DNA from: Minisyncoccota bacterium | GTDB lineage: Bacteria; Patescibacteriota; Minisyncoccia; Phycocordibacterales; UBA9973 | Assembly (NCBI GenBank): GCA_043718505.1 | Contig: JAYSVN010000005.1 | Span: forward strand, 14 to 64,013 | Length of the DNA: 64,000 nucleotides | Direction of reading: 5' to 3' | Part shown: positions 46,042 through 56,962 of the stretch, piece after piece | Position numbering within the stretch: position 1 is the first letter of the stretch | How the letters are laid out: every line of letters starts with the position of its first letter | Translations under genes and position numbers: made by a program | Notes under the pieces: generated by a model | Told to the model about the DNA's origin: nothing | Database searches by the model: none | Seen by the model: the letters and a program-made list of their open reading frames with translations, nothing else

Positions 46042-46066
46042 AAATTCCCGAAAGGGGATTTTTGGT
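46042..46066 (+). terminator. Rho-independent terminator after rpsG
   Basis: ATTCCC-GAAA-GGGGAT hairpin followed by TTTTGG. Confidence 0.5.
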
Positions 46067-46111
46067 TTGACTATTATCGCGCACAGACCTAGACTTAAGA
46101 AAAACTAAACT

Positions 46112-46651
46112 ATGTTCACTTACAACTCTCTTGTCGAAGCCTGCAAAAATCTCGATCTCAATCCAGAAATAAAAGGCACCAATATCTATGTCATAAAAGG
46201 CCGTCCATGCGAAGCATTCGAAAAGCCGTTTGATTTGCACACCATTAAGTTTCCACAGAAAGAACTAACAGAAGTTGAAAGTATCGGTACACTTATCTTT
46301 AACCTTGCTTCGCAGAAAAAGTTCCCTTCATTCTATGATCTAGGTTCAGCTGCCGGCAAAGAAGAAAGTCGGAGAGATAATGCAATTGAAAAATTTCTGC
46401 CGGCTGCAATTGAAGCACAGCAATTTTGGCTCAAAAAGGGTCTGAAGATATGCAAATGCAAAGAAAAAGAATTCATCTTAGACTACGGTACTATCTATGA
46501 AGTTGACCCAAGCTTCCAGGAAGGTATGAATAAAATGAATAAGCGAATGGAAGAAGTCCATCGAGATTTCATTAGAAAAAATGCCGCTTCAGAAATTAGT
46601 GCAAGAAATATTCATGTCGGCGGCAATGCCAGATCCGAACCCTCTTATTGA
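46112..46651 (+). CDS. Hypothetical protein (179 aa) inserted between rpsG and fusA
   Basis: ORF with its own terminator. No recognised domain. Confidence 0.5.
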   Translation: MFTYNSLVEACKNLDLNPEIKGTNIYVIKGRPCEAFEKPFDLHTIKFPQKELTEVESIGTLIFNLASQKKFPSFYDLGSAAGKEESRRDNAIEKFLPAAIEAQQFWLKKGLKICKCKEKEFILDYGTIYEVDPSFQEGMNKMNKRMEEVHRDFIRKNAASEISARNIHVGGNARSEPSY

Positions 46652-46664
46652 GAGGGTTTTTTAT
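46638..46664 (+). terminator. Rho-independent terminator
   Basis: CCCTCTT-ATTG-AGAGGG hairpin followed by TTTTTTATTT. Confidence 0.7.
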
Positions 46665-46675
46665 TTACACTGTTA

Positions 46676-46705
46676 TTTGCACAAACTACCCAAATGCCGT
46701 ATAGT
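46676..46705 (+). promoter_or_regulatory. Candidate promoter TTTGCA-18-TATAGT upstream of fusA
   Basis: Read directly; ~70 nt upstream of the fusA ATG. Confidence 0.4.
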
Positions 46706-46774
46706 ACTCGTACTAGCGGCAACGCTTTTTTTATTACATTATTTTAGGCCAAAAGCTCACAAAAAGTTTTATAT

Positions 46775-48916
46775 ATGGAAAGAGATTACCCATTGGAGAA
46801 AGTAAGAAATTTCGGAATTATTGCCCACATCGATGCGGGCAAAACGACTACGTCTGAACGTGTGCTTTATTACACCGGTGTGTCACACAAAATCGGTGAA
46901 GTGCATGACGGCGAAACAACCACAGACTGGATGGAGCAGGAACGCGAACGCGGCATCACGATTACAGCTGCGGCTATTACCTGTTTCTGGAATCCTACCT
47001 ACGATCCGGACGACAAAAATAAAAAGCATCGCTTCAACATCATCGATACTCCCGGACACATCGACTTCACCGTAGAAGTGAAGCGGTCACTTCGCGTGCT
47101 CGACGGCGCTGTTGTCGTCTTTGACGGCGTAGCCGGCGTAGAACCGCAGTCAGAAACTAACTGGCGCTATGCTGACGAAGCTAAAGTTCCTCGTATTTGT
47201 TTCATCAATAAACTTGATCGAACAGGCGCGTCTTTTGAGCATTCATATAAAACTATTCTTGAACGCCTAAATAAAAATGCTATTCGCATGCAGCTCCCGA
47301 TCGGTCTTGAAGAAAAACATGAAGGCGTTGTTGATCTTCTGACAAAGAAGTCATATCGTTTCGAAGGTGACATGGGCAGTAAGATTGTCGAAGGTGAGAT
47401 TCCTGAAGACATGAAAGCCGATGCCGAGAAATATCGCGCTGAACTCATCGAAGCAATTGTCCAGCACGACGACGCTGTCATGAGTGATTACCTCGAAGGT
47501 AAAGAACCTGATCTCGCTACGCTCAAGAAACTCATGCGCAAAGCGGTTATCAACAATGCTATTTTCCCGGTCTTTGCCGGTTCTGCTCTCAAGAATAAAG
47601 GTGTTCAGCTCGTTCTCGATGCTGTTGTTGATTACCTGCCATCTCCGCTCGATATTCCGCCAATCGCCGGTATCAATCCTGACACTGACGTTGAAGAATT
47701 TCGTCATGCAGATGACAGTGAACCTTTCTCCGCGCTTGCTTTCAAAGTCGCAACTGATCCATTCGTTGGTCAGCTGATTTTCTTCCGTGTCTATTCCGGT
47801 ACGCTCACAGCCGGTTCATATATTTACAATCCTCGCACTCGTAACAAAGAACGCATCGGTCGTATCTTGCGCATGCATGCCAACGATCGTGAAGAAGTGA
47901 AGAAAGTTTTCGCCGGTGAAATCGCAGCTGCAGTTGGTCTCAAAGATACAAAAACATCTGACACGCTTTGCGATGAAAATCAGCCGATTATGCTCGAGCG
48001 TATCGTTTTCCCTGAACCAGTTATCTCAATGCGTATTGAACCAAAAACAAAAGCTGACCAGGAAAAAATGGGTCTGGCGCTTTCTCGTCTAGCTGATGAA
48101 GATCCGACATTCCGCGTTTCAACTGATGCTGAAACTAACGAAACAATTATTGCCGGTATGGGTGAACTCCACCTCGATATTATTGTTGATCGTATGAAGC
48201 GTGAATTTACAGTTGAAGCAAATACCGGCAAGCCGCAAGTTGCATACCGCGAAACAATTACCGGTGACTCGCAGACAGAAGGTAAGTACATCAAACAGAC
48301 TGGCGGACGCGGTAACTACGGTCACGTCAAAATTAAAGTTAAGCCGATGGATATGTCGGTCGACGCTGAAGATTTGCCAAAAAATACCAAGCGTTCTGAA
48401 GGTTTTGAATTCATCAACAATATTAAAGGCGGCTCTATCCCTCAGGAATACATTGCGCCTTGTGAAAAAGGTTTTCGAGAAGGACTCGATAGAGGTGTTT
48501 TGGCCGGATTTAAAATGGTCAATGTCTCCGTTGATCTTTGGGACGGTTCGTACCACGAAGTTGACTCAAACGAAATGGCTTTTAAAATCGCCGCTTCAAT
48601 GGCAATTCAGGATGCTTGTAAGATGGCCAAGCCTGTTATTCTCGAGCCGATGATGAAAGTTGAAGTTATTACTCCTGACAAATTCATGGGTGATGTTACC
48701 GGCTCTCTTTCTGCTAAACGCGGCATTATCGAAGGTATGGAAACTCGCGGCCTCAACCAGGTTGTCAAAGCAGTTGTGCCTCTTTCTGAAATGTTCGGCT
48801 ACATGACAAGCTTGCGCTCGATGACTGAAGGTCGCGCCGGCTTCAACATGGAATTTCTCCGATATGATATCGTGCCGAAAAACGTGGCAGATGAAATTAT
48901 TGCGGCGAGGAAGTAA
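46775..48916 (+). CDS. fusA: Elongation factor G
   Basis: [24 protein letters not shown]..., [14 protein letters not shown]..., [12 protein letters not shown], domains II-V collinear. Confidence 0.97.
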   Translation: MERDYPLEKVRNFGIIAHIDAGKTTTSERVLYYTGVSHKIGEVHDGETTTDWMEQERERGITITAAAITCFWNPTYDPDDKNKKHRFNIIDTPGHIDFTVEVKRSLRVLDGAVVVFDGVAGVEPQSETNWRYADEAKVPRICFINKLDRTGASFEHSYKTILERLNKNAIRMQLPIGLEEKHEGVVDLLTKKSYRFEGDMGSKIVEGEIPEDMKADAEKYRAELIEAIVQHDDAVMSDYLEGKEPDLATLKKLMRKAVINNAIFPVFAGSALKNKGVQLVLDAVVDYLPSPLDIPPIAGINPDTDVEEFRHADDSEPFSALAFKVATDPFVGQLIFFRVYSGTLTAGSYIYNPRTRNKERIGRILRMHANDREEVKKVFAGEIAAAVGLKDTKTSDTLCDENQPIMLERIVFPEPVISMRIEPKTKADQEKMGLALSRLADEDPTFRVSTDAETNETIIAGMGELHLDIIVDRMKREFTVEANTGKPQVAYRETITGDSQTEGKYIKQTGGRGNYGHVKIKVKPMDMSVDAEDLPKNTKRSEGFEFINNIKGGSIPQEYIAPCEKGFREGLDRGVLAGFKMVNVSVDLWDGSYHEVDSNEMAFKIAASMAIQDACKMAKPVILEPMMKVEVITPDKFMGDVTGSLSAKRGIIEGMETRGLNQVVKAVVPLSEMFGYMTSLRSMTEGRAGFNMEFLRYDIVPKNVADEIIAARK

Positions 48917-48945
48917 TGTTTTTAAGTAATTTCTGATAAAATCAC

Positions 48946-49425
48946 ATGAATACCATTAAACCAATTATTACGCTCATCCTCCTCGTTGCCGTTGGAGCTG
49001 TTGCTTACTTTGTTATGCCGAAGAACAATGACATGCCCGGTACAATTGCGGCTCAGCATCTGAATGCAGATGTGTATCCGCTTTTCCCTGGTATTAAATG
49101 GGGAAGTGAAATGACAGGCACTGACACGTATTTCAAAATTACTGGTTACAAAGTTGATTCTAGTGTTATGACAGAGAAAGACATACCGACAACACTTTCG
49201 CCATTTCAAACATACTATGATGAAAAAATGAAAAAAGCTGGTTGGACTATGGATATAAATATGGCAGCTGACGGCCCGGCGAGTTCAAGCTGGGGCTACA
49301 CAAAAGGAAATGAAGTTGCTATGTTTAGTTACCATTTCGAATCATTAGATCCTAAACCCGACGAAATTTTTTCCTGCCCGTGTGAAGGAACATTCTCGAT
49401 AATGACTGGAACCAGAGATCAATAG
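48946..49425 (+). CDS. Membrane-anchored hypothetical protein (159 aa)
   Basis: N-terminal TM IITLILLVAVGAVAYFV. Terminator downstream. Confidence 0.5.
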   Translation: MNTIKPIITLILLVAVGAVAYFVMPKNNDMPGTIAAQHLNADVYPLFPGIKWGSEMTGTDTYFKITGYKVDSSVMTEKDIPTTLSPFQTYYDEKMKKAGWTMDINMAADGPASSSWGYTKGNEVAMFSYHFESLDPKPDEIFSCPCEGTFSIMTGTRDQ

Positions 49426-49430
49426 TTAAA

Positions 49431-49470
49431 AACACCGTCCAATAGGAAAACTGGGCGGTGTTTTCTTTTG
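49431..49470 (+). terminator. Rho-independent terminator
   Basis: CACCGTCCA-N11-TGGGCGGTG stem followed by TTTTCTTTTG. Confidence 0.6.
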
Positions 49471-49514
49471 CCGGTTTCGTAATTCATGTTAGCGTAAGGT
49501 AAAATAGAATTCTT

Positions 49515-50258
49515 ATGACAAATAAACATGTAGTAGTCACAGGGGCAAATGGTGGGATAGGCGAGGCATATGTCAGGCAATTCTATGAAGCCGGATACGA
49601 TGTCGATGCACCAGTCAGAAAAATAGACGCTGCCCAAGAACTTTTTAAAACAATCAAAGTCCACCTCGATTTTTGCGCCGATCTTTCAATCCAGAAGCAC
49701 GTTGATCTGTATTTTGAAAATTTGGCAAGTAGGGGCATCGTACCATCGATCATTCCACTTACTGCCGGCACGTTTGCTTGGGATAATGACAAGCGGCCAG
49801 ACAAGCAATTGAAAAATAAAGATGGCATACCGTTTACCGTAAGAGAAATAGCCGAATTTCTTTACAAAATGAATGTAGACACAAAATCTACTGTTATTAA
49901 TTCGCTCATAAGTATTTATCCAAAAGATCTTAAGCAGATCAAAATTATTTGGACTAGCTCGCAAGCTGCCAATTTCAAAGATTTTGATCCAAAGCGTCTC
50001 AATGAGAAAACAGGCTACAAGGAAGAAGGGTACATTGCTTCAATGCTTGCATCTTCTGACTGTGCCAGGGCACTTAAGAAGAGAGATATTTTTGGTGACA
50101 TTATTCTTGATGAACCCGGGCTTATCAATACGATAATGGCTCAGGAATCTTTTACTCTTGAAACTATTGGAGAAATAATTGAATGGGATACTATTCCGAC
50201 ACCGGAGGTCTACGTGAGACAATTACTCAGAGAAAATCAATACAGGCTTGCCGCATAG
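49515..50258 (+). CDS. Short-chain dehydrogenase/reductase (SDR)-like NAD(P)-binding protein
   Basis: VVVTGANGGIGEAY Rossmann motif. ~250 aa. Confidence 0.6.
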   Translation: MTNKHVVVTGANGGIGEAYVRQFYEAGYDVDAPVRKIDAAQELFKTIKVHLDFCADLSIQKHVDLYFENLASRGIVPSIIPLTAGTFAWDNDKRPDKQLKNKDGIPFTVREIAEFLYKMNVDTKSTVINSLISIYPKDLKQIKIIWTSSQAANFKDFDPKRLNEKTGYKEEGYIASMLASSDCARALKKRDIFGDIILDEPGLINTIMAQESFTLETIGEIIEWDTIPTPEVYVRQLLRENQYRLAA

Positions 50259-50393
50259 CAGCCTGTTTTTTGTTTACATTTCTGCCCTTGGGCCAATATT
50301 TGACATTCCCTCCAGAAAGACGTAGTCTGTAGATAGATTTTACTTAATTTTTAATAGGCCAAACGGAGGGGAAAGAGAACCACTTACATCATT

Positions 50394-53300
50394 ATGATTA
50401 CAAGGGCATTTTTCAATATTCAAAAAAAGACCGCAATAACGCTGCTTATTGCTTTTTTCGCTTTCGGCGAGATGACAGCGGGGTTGCTTATTGCGCCAAT
50501 GGAGGCCAAGGCTGCTTTGCCGCCTGGTTTTGCAACTGAAACAATTGCCGGCGGACTCAATTTTCCAACATCGATGGCTTTCACTCCGGACGGCCGAATT
50601 TTCGTTGGTGAAAAATCTGGATCGATTAGAGTAATAAAAAATGGCGCACTTTTGCCGACACTACTCGTTCAGCTGACTGATATTAATACCTACGCTGACC
50701 GCGGCCTTATCGGTATTGCTGTCGACCCAAACTTTGCGACCAATAAATACATTTACCTTTCTTATACGTATGAAAATACACCGGGTGCAAATCTGACTGC
50801 TGCCAAAACTGCGCGCATCGTTCGCATGACGGTTTCGGGCGACACAGCAAGCGAAGCAACAAAAGTTGTCATCGTTGGAACTGTCGGGGGAAGTGCAGCT
50901 ACTCCATCGTGCAAAAATTATCCTGCCGGTACTGACTGTATTGCGTCTGATTCTTCGTCGCATAGTGCCGGCGGACTTCGCTTTGGTCCTGATGGCAAAC
51001 TGTACGCTACGCTCGGTGATGGTGCGCGTTTTGATGTCGCTGATCCTGATGCACTTCGTGCCCAAAATCTTGACAGCCTCAACGGCAAAATGTTGCGTAT
51101 CAATACTGACGGTACTGCTCCAATCGACAACCCATTTTACAATGGTAATCCAAATGCTAACCGTTCAAAAGTGTATGCATATGGTGTGCGAAATATGTTC
51201 CGCTTTTCTTTCCGTCCAGCAACCGGTGCAATTTATGGCGGAGATGTCGGCTGGGATACATGGGAAGAAATAAACATCATCACGCCTGGCGGCAACTACG
51301 GCTGGCCATGTCGCGAAGGTAATAACCCAACAAGCTACGGTTGTACAGCTACCGGCCACGTCAATCCTGTCTATACATATGTTCATGATCCTGGTTCAGG
51401 CGGTTCAATTACAGCTGGTGTTTTTCCAACAGGTTCTGTCTATCCGGCAAGTTACAATAATAAAATGTTTTTCGGCGACTTCGCCATGAACTGGATGAAG
51501 TTTTTGGAAATGAGCCCGACTGACACATTTGTCGGCACGAGTGATCTCATGCTCTCAAGCGATAATCCAAACGGTCCGGTTGATTACGCTGTCGGTCCGG
51601 ACGGTTACATTTATTTTATTTCAATTTACACCGGTGACATTCGTCGCTTTGTTTACACACTCGGCAACAGACAACCAATCGCGCAAATCGCAGCTACTCC
51701 TACCTCAGGCAGTTTGCCGCTTTCAGTAAGTTTTTCTTCGGCTGGCTCGAGTGATCCTGACGGTAATCCACTTTCATACCTTTGGAATTTTGGAAATGGC
51801 ACGCCGACAAGTAGTGATGCTAATCCAGTGCATGAATATACAGTCGCTGGTACGTACATTGCAACACTTGAAGTGAGCGATGGCCTCGGCGGCACGAATC
51901 TCAAGAGCATCACTATATTTGCCGGAAACAGAGCTCCGACACCAACTATTTCGTCACCGACAAATGGTGCTCTCTATTTCCCAGGGCAAGTCTTTACCGT
52001 TTCGGGAAGTGCAACTGATCCGGAAAACGGCACACTTTCCGGCGCATCACTTACTTGGCGTGCTATTCTCCACCATAATACGCATACGCATGTTTTGCAG
52101 ACAGCGTCAGGCAATTCATTCCAATTCACGGCGCCTGATCACGGTGATCCGGCTGTCTACACGGAACTTGAACTCACTGCAACTGACTCCGGTGGTGTGA
52201 CGGCAAAAACCAGTGTCAATATGTATCTCAACAACGGTATTGCGCCTGGAAGTAACCTCGTCCAAAATCCTTCATTTGAAACTGCGAATCCTGCTTTTCC
52301 AAACTTGCCGCAAAGTTGGAATAACTATAAGTGGGGAACACACACTGCTGCTTTTGCTTATCCTGTTGCCGGACAGGATGGTGCGCGAGCTGCACAAGTC
52401 ACGATATCTGGTTACGTGAGTGGCGACTCAAAGTGGGGACATGATCCGGCGTACGTCGCTGAAAATACAAATTACACTTTTTCTGATTACTACAAATCAA
52501 CAACCACAACCTACCTCGTAGCGGCTGTTAGTTTTGCCAACGACACGATGCAGTACACCCAGCTCGCTACACTTCCGGCCGCCGCAAACTGGACGCAGGC
52601 CAATGCCACTTTCCAGACACCAGTTGGCACGCGTACGCTTGCGATTTATCACTTGATCAATAGCAATGGCTCACTCACCGTCGACAATTACTCCTTGATT
52701 GGTCCGGGGGGAACTACACCACCAGTTACGGGTACAAACCTTGTCGTCAATCATTCGCTTGAAAATGCTAATACTGCCGGTACGTTGCCTTTGAATTGGG
52801 CAAGTAATAAATGGGGAACACACACTGCTGCTTTTGCCTATCCGGTTGCCGGACAAGAAGGCGCCAAGGCTGCCAAAATTACGGTCTCAGGCTACACAAG
52901 CGGGGATGCCAAGTGGTTCTTTAACGATGTCACTGTAACGCCGGGCACAACGTATACTTTTTCTGATTACTATCAATCAACCGCCGCAACTCGTTTAGTT
53001 GCTCGATTTACGACGAGTGCAAATACTATCTCATACCTTGAGCTCGGCGCGTCACTTCCAATCAACGCCGGTTGGTCACAAGCCACACGATCAATTACGA
53101 TTCCGGCTGGCGTGACCAAGCTCACTGTTTTCCATGTGATCGCGGCCAACGGTTCACTGACTGTCGACAATTATTTCCTCTCTGATGGCACGACTCCTCC
53201 AGTTGGCGGCACGAATTTAATTGCCAATGGCTTCATGGAAAATGCTAATGCCGGCAACACTGCACCACTTAACTGGACGCCAACAACAAGCGGCACTGGT

Positions 53301-55013
53301 TTTACAACTACACATACGTATCCAACAACAGGGCAAGACGGTGGCAAAGCCGCCCGCGTCGTGATTTCCGGTATGCCATCAGGTGCTGACGGCAATGCAC
53401 GCTGGCAATTTGATGAAGTGCCGATCCAAACTGGCACTGAATATACCTACGAAGGCTACTACAAAGGAAGCACAATTTCTGACATCATCGGCCGCTACAC
53501 ATTTGCTGATGGCAGCACGCATTTCTTCGGACTGAAGAAAGAAATTCCAGCGGCGACGAACTGGACTTTTGTCACAGGGAAATTTGTCGGGCCGGTCAAT
53601 GTCACAAGCATTACGCTCATGCACTTGATCAGTACAAATGCGTCACTTGAAATCGATAATGCCAAACTCTATGTCAGCGGCACTGGTACGCCAAATGAAA
53701 TAATTCCACCAACACAAAGCTTTACCAATCCGCTCGATGGTCAAACTGTTTCCGGCACGATTACGCTTACCTCTGATGTTCAGGATAATTCCGGTCAGGC
53801 TTGGATTTTCTACGCAGTTGACGGTACGCCCCTCGGACCTGAACAACCTGCGCCGTACAGTCAGCAATGGGATTCAACGACTGTTGCAAACGGAACACAC
53901 ACGCTCAAAGTCACATCGCGTGATGCTGTTGGCAATAACAATCGTCAAATTATTACTGTGAATGTAAATAATACTGTTACGCCGCCAACTGGCAATAATC
54001 TCATTCTCAATCCATCACTTGAAACCGCGAACGGTGCTTTGCCGCAAAACTGGGCAAGCAATAAGTGGGGGACAAATACTGCGACATTTAATTATCCTGT
54101 CGCTGGACAAGAAGGAGCCAAAGCTGCTGAAGTTCAAATGACGGCGTACACGAGCGGCGATGCCAAGTGGATCTTCAACAATGTCGCCGTAACTCCGGGC
54201 AATCAATACACATTCCAAAATTACTACAAAGCTACAGTGCCAACACAGCTCGTTATTCGCTACACGAATGGTAGCGGTGTTGCGAGTTACGTCGGATTTA
54301 CAAGTGTTCCGGCAGCGGCAAACTGGCAAACAGCTAACATGACATTTACACCGCCAGCTGGTACTGCTTCGGTGAGTGTCTTCCATATTATTTCAGCAGT
54401 TGGAACACTCACGGTAGATAACTACTCTCTTGTCGGTCCTGGCACACCCCCTCCGACCGATGTCTGTCCAAATATCGCCGGCAATCAAGCAACAGTTCCA
54501 GCTGGAATGGTCATAGATATTTCAGGCAACTGTGTTACACCTCCACCAAGCGGCGGGACAAACCTTGTCCTCAATCCATCACTTGAAACCGCCGCTGGTT
54601 CGCTTCCGGCTAACTGGGCGCACGATTTCTGGGGGACGCATACTCGTATCTTTACTTATCCAGTTGCCGGCAACGATGGCGCCAAAGCAGGAAAAGTTGA
54701 AATTACCGGGTACACTGACGGTGATGCTAAGTGGGCATTTGACCATGTCACTGTAACTCCGGGTACGACGTACACATTCTCTGATCACTACCAATCAAAT
54801 GTACCGACAACCGTTATCGCCGAATTCAAAACCGCCAGCAACGTTTACAGTTACCAGCCAATCGGCGGTACTGTGCCAGCCTCGGCTGCAGCGTGGAATA
54901 CATTTACCGGCAATGTCACCGTACCAGCCGGCATCCAAAGCATGACTATTTTCCATCTTCTCCAGTCTGTGGGCTGGCTGACGATTGATCAGGCGAGTGT
55001 TGTGGCGCAGTAA
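50394..55013 (+). CDS. Giant (1539 aa) secreted multidomain surface protein: GSDH-like beta-propeller, PKD domain, five tandem CBM_4_9-like modules, one Ig-like domain
   Basis: Signal peptide. ...GFATETIAGGLNFPTSMAFTPDGRIFVGEKSGSIRVI... (soluble quinoprotein glucose/sorbosone dehydrogenase-like propeller). PKD motif SDPDGNPLSYLWNFGNGT...HEYTVAGTYIATLEVSDGLGG. Repeated NLV.NPS.E(T)A......P..W....W(G)THTAAFAYPVAGQ(D/E)GA.AA......Y.SGD.KW modules. Confidence 0.7.
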   Translation: MITRAFFNIQKKTAITLLIAFFAFGEMTAGLLIAPMEAKAALPPGFATETIAGGLNFPTSMAFTPDGRIFVGEKSGSIRVIKNGALLPTLLVQLTDINTYADRGLIGIAVDPNFATNKYIYLSYTYENTPGANLTAAKTARIVRMTVSGDTASEATKVVIVGTVGGSAATPSCKNYPAGTDCIASDSSSHSAGGLRFGPDGKLYATLGDGARFDVADPDALRAQNLDSLNGKMLRINTDGTAPIDNPFYNGNPNANRSKVYAYGVRNMFRFSFRPATGAIYGGDVGWDTWEEINIITPGGNYGWPCREGNNPTSYGCTATGHVNPVYTYVHDPGSGGSITAGVFPTGSVYPASYNNKMFFGDFAMNWMKFLEMSPTDTFVGTSDLMLSSDNPNGPVDYAVGPDGYIYFISIYTGDIRRFVYTLGNRQPIAQIAATPTSGSLPLSVSFSSAGSSDPDGNPLSYLWNFGNGTPTSSDANPVHEYTVAGTYIATLEVSDGLGGTNLKSITIFAGNRAPTPTISSPTNGALYFPGQVFTVSGSATDPENGTLSGASLTWRAILHHNTHTHVLQTASGNSFQFTAPDHGDPAVYTELELTATDSGGVTAKTSVNMYLNNGIAPGSNLVQNPSFETANPAFPNLPQSWNNYKWGTHTAAFAYPVAGQDGARAAQVTISGYVSGDSKWGHDPAYVAENTNYTFSDYYKSTTTTYLVAAVSFANDTMQYTQLATLPAAANWTQANATFQTPVGTRTLAIYHLINSNGSLTVDNYSLIGPGGTTPPVTGTNLVVNHSLENANTAGTLPLNWASNKWGTHTAAFAYPVAGQEGAKAAKITVSGYTSGDAKWFFNDVTVTPGTTYTFSDYYQSTAATRLVARFTTSANTISYLELGASLPINAGWSQATRSITIPAGVTKLTVFHVIAANGSLTVDNYFLSDGTTPPVGGTNLIANGFMENANAGNTAPLNWTPTTSGTGFTTTHTYPTTGQDGGKAARVVISGMPSGADGNARWQFDEVPIQTGTEYTYEGYYKGSTISDIIGRYTFADGSTHFFGLKKEIPAATNWTFVTGKFVGPVNVTSITLMHLISTNASLEIDNAKLYVSGTGTPNEIIPPTQSFTNPLDGQTVSGTITLTSDVQDNSGQAWIFYAVDGTPLGPEQPAPYSQQWDSTTVANGTHTLKVTSRDAVGNNNRQIITVNVNNTVTPPTGNNLILNPSLETANGALPQNWASNKWGTNTATFNYPVAGQEGAKAAEVQMTAYTSGDAKWIFNNVAVTPGNQYTFQNYYKATVPTQLVIRYTNGSGVASYVGFTSVPAAANWQTANMTFTPPAGTASVSVFHIISAVGTLTVDNYSLVGPGTPPPTDVCPNIAGNQATVPAGMVIDISGNCVTPPPSGGTNLVLNPSLETAAGSLPANWAHDFWGTHTRIFTYPVAGNDGAKAGKVEITGYTDGDAKWAFDHVTVTPGTTYTFSDHYQSNVPTTVIAEFKTASNVYSYQPIGGTVPASAAAWNTFTGNVTVPAGIQSMTIFHLLQSVGWLTIDQASVVAQ
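52250..55010 (+). repeat. DNA-level tandem duplication of ~480-560-nt modules encoding the five CBM-like repeats
   Basis: Near-identical stretches, e.g. AAGTGGGGAACACACACTGCTGCTTTTGCTTATCCTGTTGCCGGACAGGATGG (52327) versus AAATGGGGAACACACACTGCTGCTTTTGCCTATCCGGTTGCCGGACAAGAAGG (52808). Module starts ~52255, 52736, 53213, 53996, 54560. Confidence 0.7.
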
Positions 55014-55078
55014 GATCTAATTTTAATACCCAGGTTGCGTTACGTGCTTCTACTTTCTGGAGGTACAATAAAGCCAGC

Positions 55079-56854
55079 ATGAAAAAACTACAGAATCTGG
55101 AGATGAAGCTTGCTGTCCGTACACCGTTACTTATTACACTTGGCATAACACTTATTATCGGTATCGGTTATTTTACAATGCAAAATAATTTTCCTACCAA
55201 CCAAAAAGCGACGATAGTAGATGTAAAACCACAAATCGTAGATTCAACCACAAATAGCTCTTCAACCACTGGTAAGGGACAGATATACTTGATGGGCGGT
55301 GTGACTACGAATGGAGTATTTCTTAATAACGTTGTTTCTTCCAGTGATGGTATTACATGGAATCAAATTTTACCAAATGCACCATGGAGTAGGAGGCAAG
55401 GACACAGCACAGTATTCTTTAACGGTAAAATATTTTTAGCTGGAGGTTCTTCTAACACTGGAAATTGCTTCAATGATGTATGGTCATCACCCGACGGTAT
55501 TACATGGAGTCAAAATACTGCCAACGCTGCATGGTCTCCGAGACAGGGCACAGCTTTGGTTGTACTCAATAATAAGTTGTGGGTGTACGGTGGAATTGAG
55601 TGCAGCGGGAATATGGTCAATGATGTTTGGTCATCTCCAGACGGCATCACGTGGACACAAGTAAACTCTTCCGCACCATGGGGATCACGCAGGTGGTTTG
55701 GGTATACGGTATTTCAAAATAAACTATGGTTGATCGCTGGATGGCCAAATAATAATAACCCGAGTGATGTTTGGTCATCACCTGATGGAATTACCTGGAC
55801 TCTGGTGAATCCTGCTGCACCCTGGTTTAGTCGAGCATATTTTAAAGCATTTACCTTTGATAACAAATTATGGATCACTGGCGGTACAAGTATTGTTGTT
55901 AACGGTAATTACCTTGGCGATGTTTGGTCATCCCCAGACGGTATTACCTGGACGCAGGCTACTAATAATGGACCCTCTTTAAACAGAGCAGCTTTTGATA
56001 CTTTTGTATTTAATAACAAAATGTGGTTAGCGGGCGGTTTAATGTCCGGTGCTCTTAATGATGTTTGGTCTTCACTAAATGGTGTTAGTTGGACACAAGC
56101 GACAAATAATTTAACAAATGGTGGAGTGGGAACCCATTCTATAGTTGTTACGTCTTCTACTGGCGTTCCTAGTCAGCAGCCAACCGTCACCACCATTTCC
56201 GCTTCTCCATTTACAGCTGTCAACGCAACACTAACCGGCAAAGTAAATCCAAACGGGACACAAACTGTCGGCTATTTTAAATACGGTAAAACAACTGCCA
56301 TGACTTCAACTACATCCGGCACATCAATGGGCGTAGGAACTGCGGCAGTAGGTTTCTCAAAATATATCAGTGGCCTTGTTCCAAACACTCTCTACTATTA
56401 TCAAGCATGCGCAACGTATACTCCGGGACCAATTTGTGGAGCAACACGAACATTCACAACTTTAAATTCAGTTCCCGACCTCAAAATTATTTCACTCACT
56501 TTTGATCAAACCACTACCCAACAAAGCGTAACTGCGGCACGGGTAAGGTACACATTTACTCTCAAGAATGACTTAAATGCGCCAACCGTTCTGCCTGTCG
56601 GCACAAAGTTTACTCTCTATTACAAGCCTGGCACAACATATATTCCAATAGGAGAGACTGCTGTAATTAATACTCCTACACCCCTTGCTGCTTTGGCTAC
56701 ACTTACCTTTACAAATAGCACCTATCTTTCACCAAACGCGAGAGCTACACTAGGTACTTTCCCAGCAAAAATTTCGGCTGATACTACGAATCTTGTTATT
56801 GAGACGAATGAACTTAATAATGATTTAGTGCAGAATTTGGTGATAGTGCCGTAG
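55079..56854 (+). CDS. Membrane-anchored secreted protein with ~7 BNR/Asp-box repeats (predicted beta-propeller) and an Ig/FN3-like C-terminus
   Basis: Repeated VWSSPDGITW(S/T)Q (S-x-D-G-x-TW Asp-box) every ~50 aa, with Kelch-like spacing (..APWS.R.GH...F..K.....G). Confidence 0.6.
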   Translation: MKKLQNLEMKLAVRTPLLITLGITLIIGIGYFTMQNNFPTNQKATIVDVKPQIVDSTTNSSSTTGKGQIYLMGGVTTNGVFLNNVVSSSDGITWNQILPNAPWSRRQGHSTVFFNGKIFLAGGSSNTGNCFNDVWSSPDGITWSQNTANAAWSPRQGTALVVLNNKLWVYGGIECSGNMVNDVWSSPDGITWTQVNSSAPWGSRRWFGYTVFQNKLWLIAGWPNNNNPSDVWSSPDGITWTLVNPAAPWFSRAYFKAFTFDNKLWITGGTSIVVNGNYLGDVWSSPDGITWTQATNNGPSLNRAAFDTFVFNNKMWLAGGLMSGALNDVWSSLNGVSWTQATNNLTNGGVGTHSIVVTSSTGVPSQQPTVTTISASPFTAVNATLTGKVNPNGTQTVGYFKYGKTTAMTSTTSGTSMGVGTAAVGFSKYISGLVPNTLYYYQACATYTPGPICGATRTFTTLNSVPDLKIISLTFDQTTTQQSVTAARVRYTFTLKNDLNAPTVLPVGTKFTLYYKPGTTYIPIGETAVINTPTPLAALATLTFTNSTYLSPNARATLGTFPAKISADTTNLVIETNELNNDLVQNLVIVP

Positions 56855-56962
56855 CAGAGAGCTTGCAGAAAATCAGAACAACGTTTACGATGTATATATT
56901 GATGAGGGTGCGGATCGCAAAGTCTGTCCAGAAATGGGCGGATTTTGTTTTTTATTTACTCA

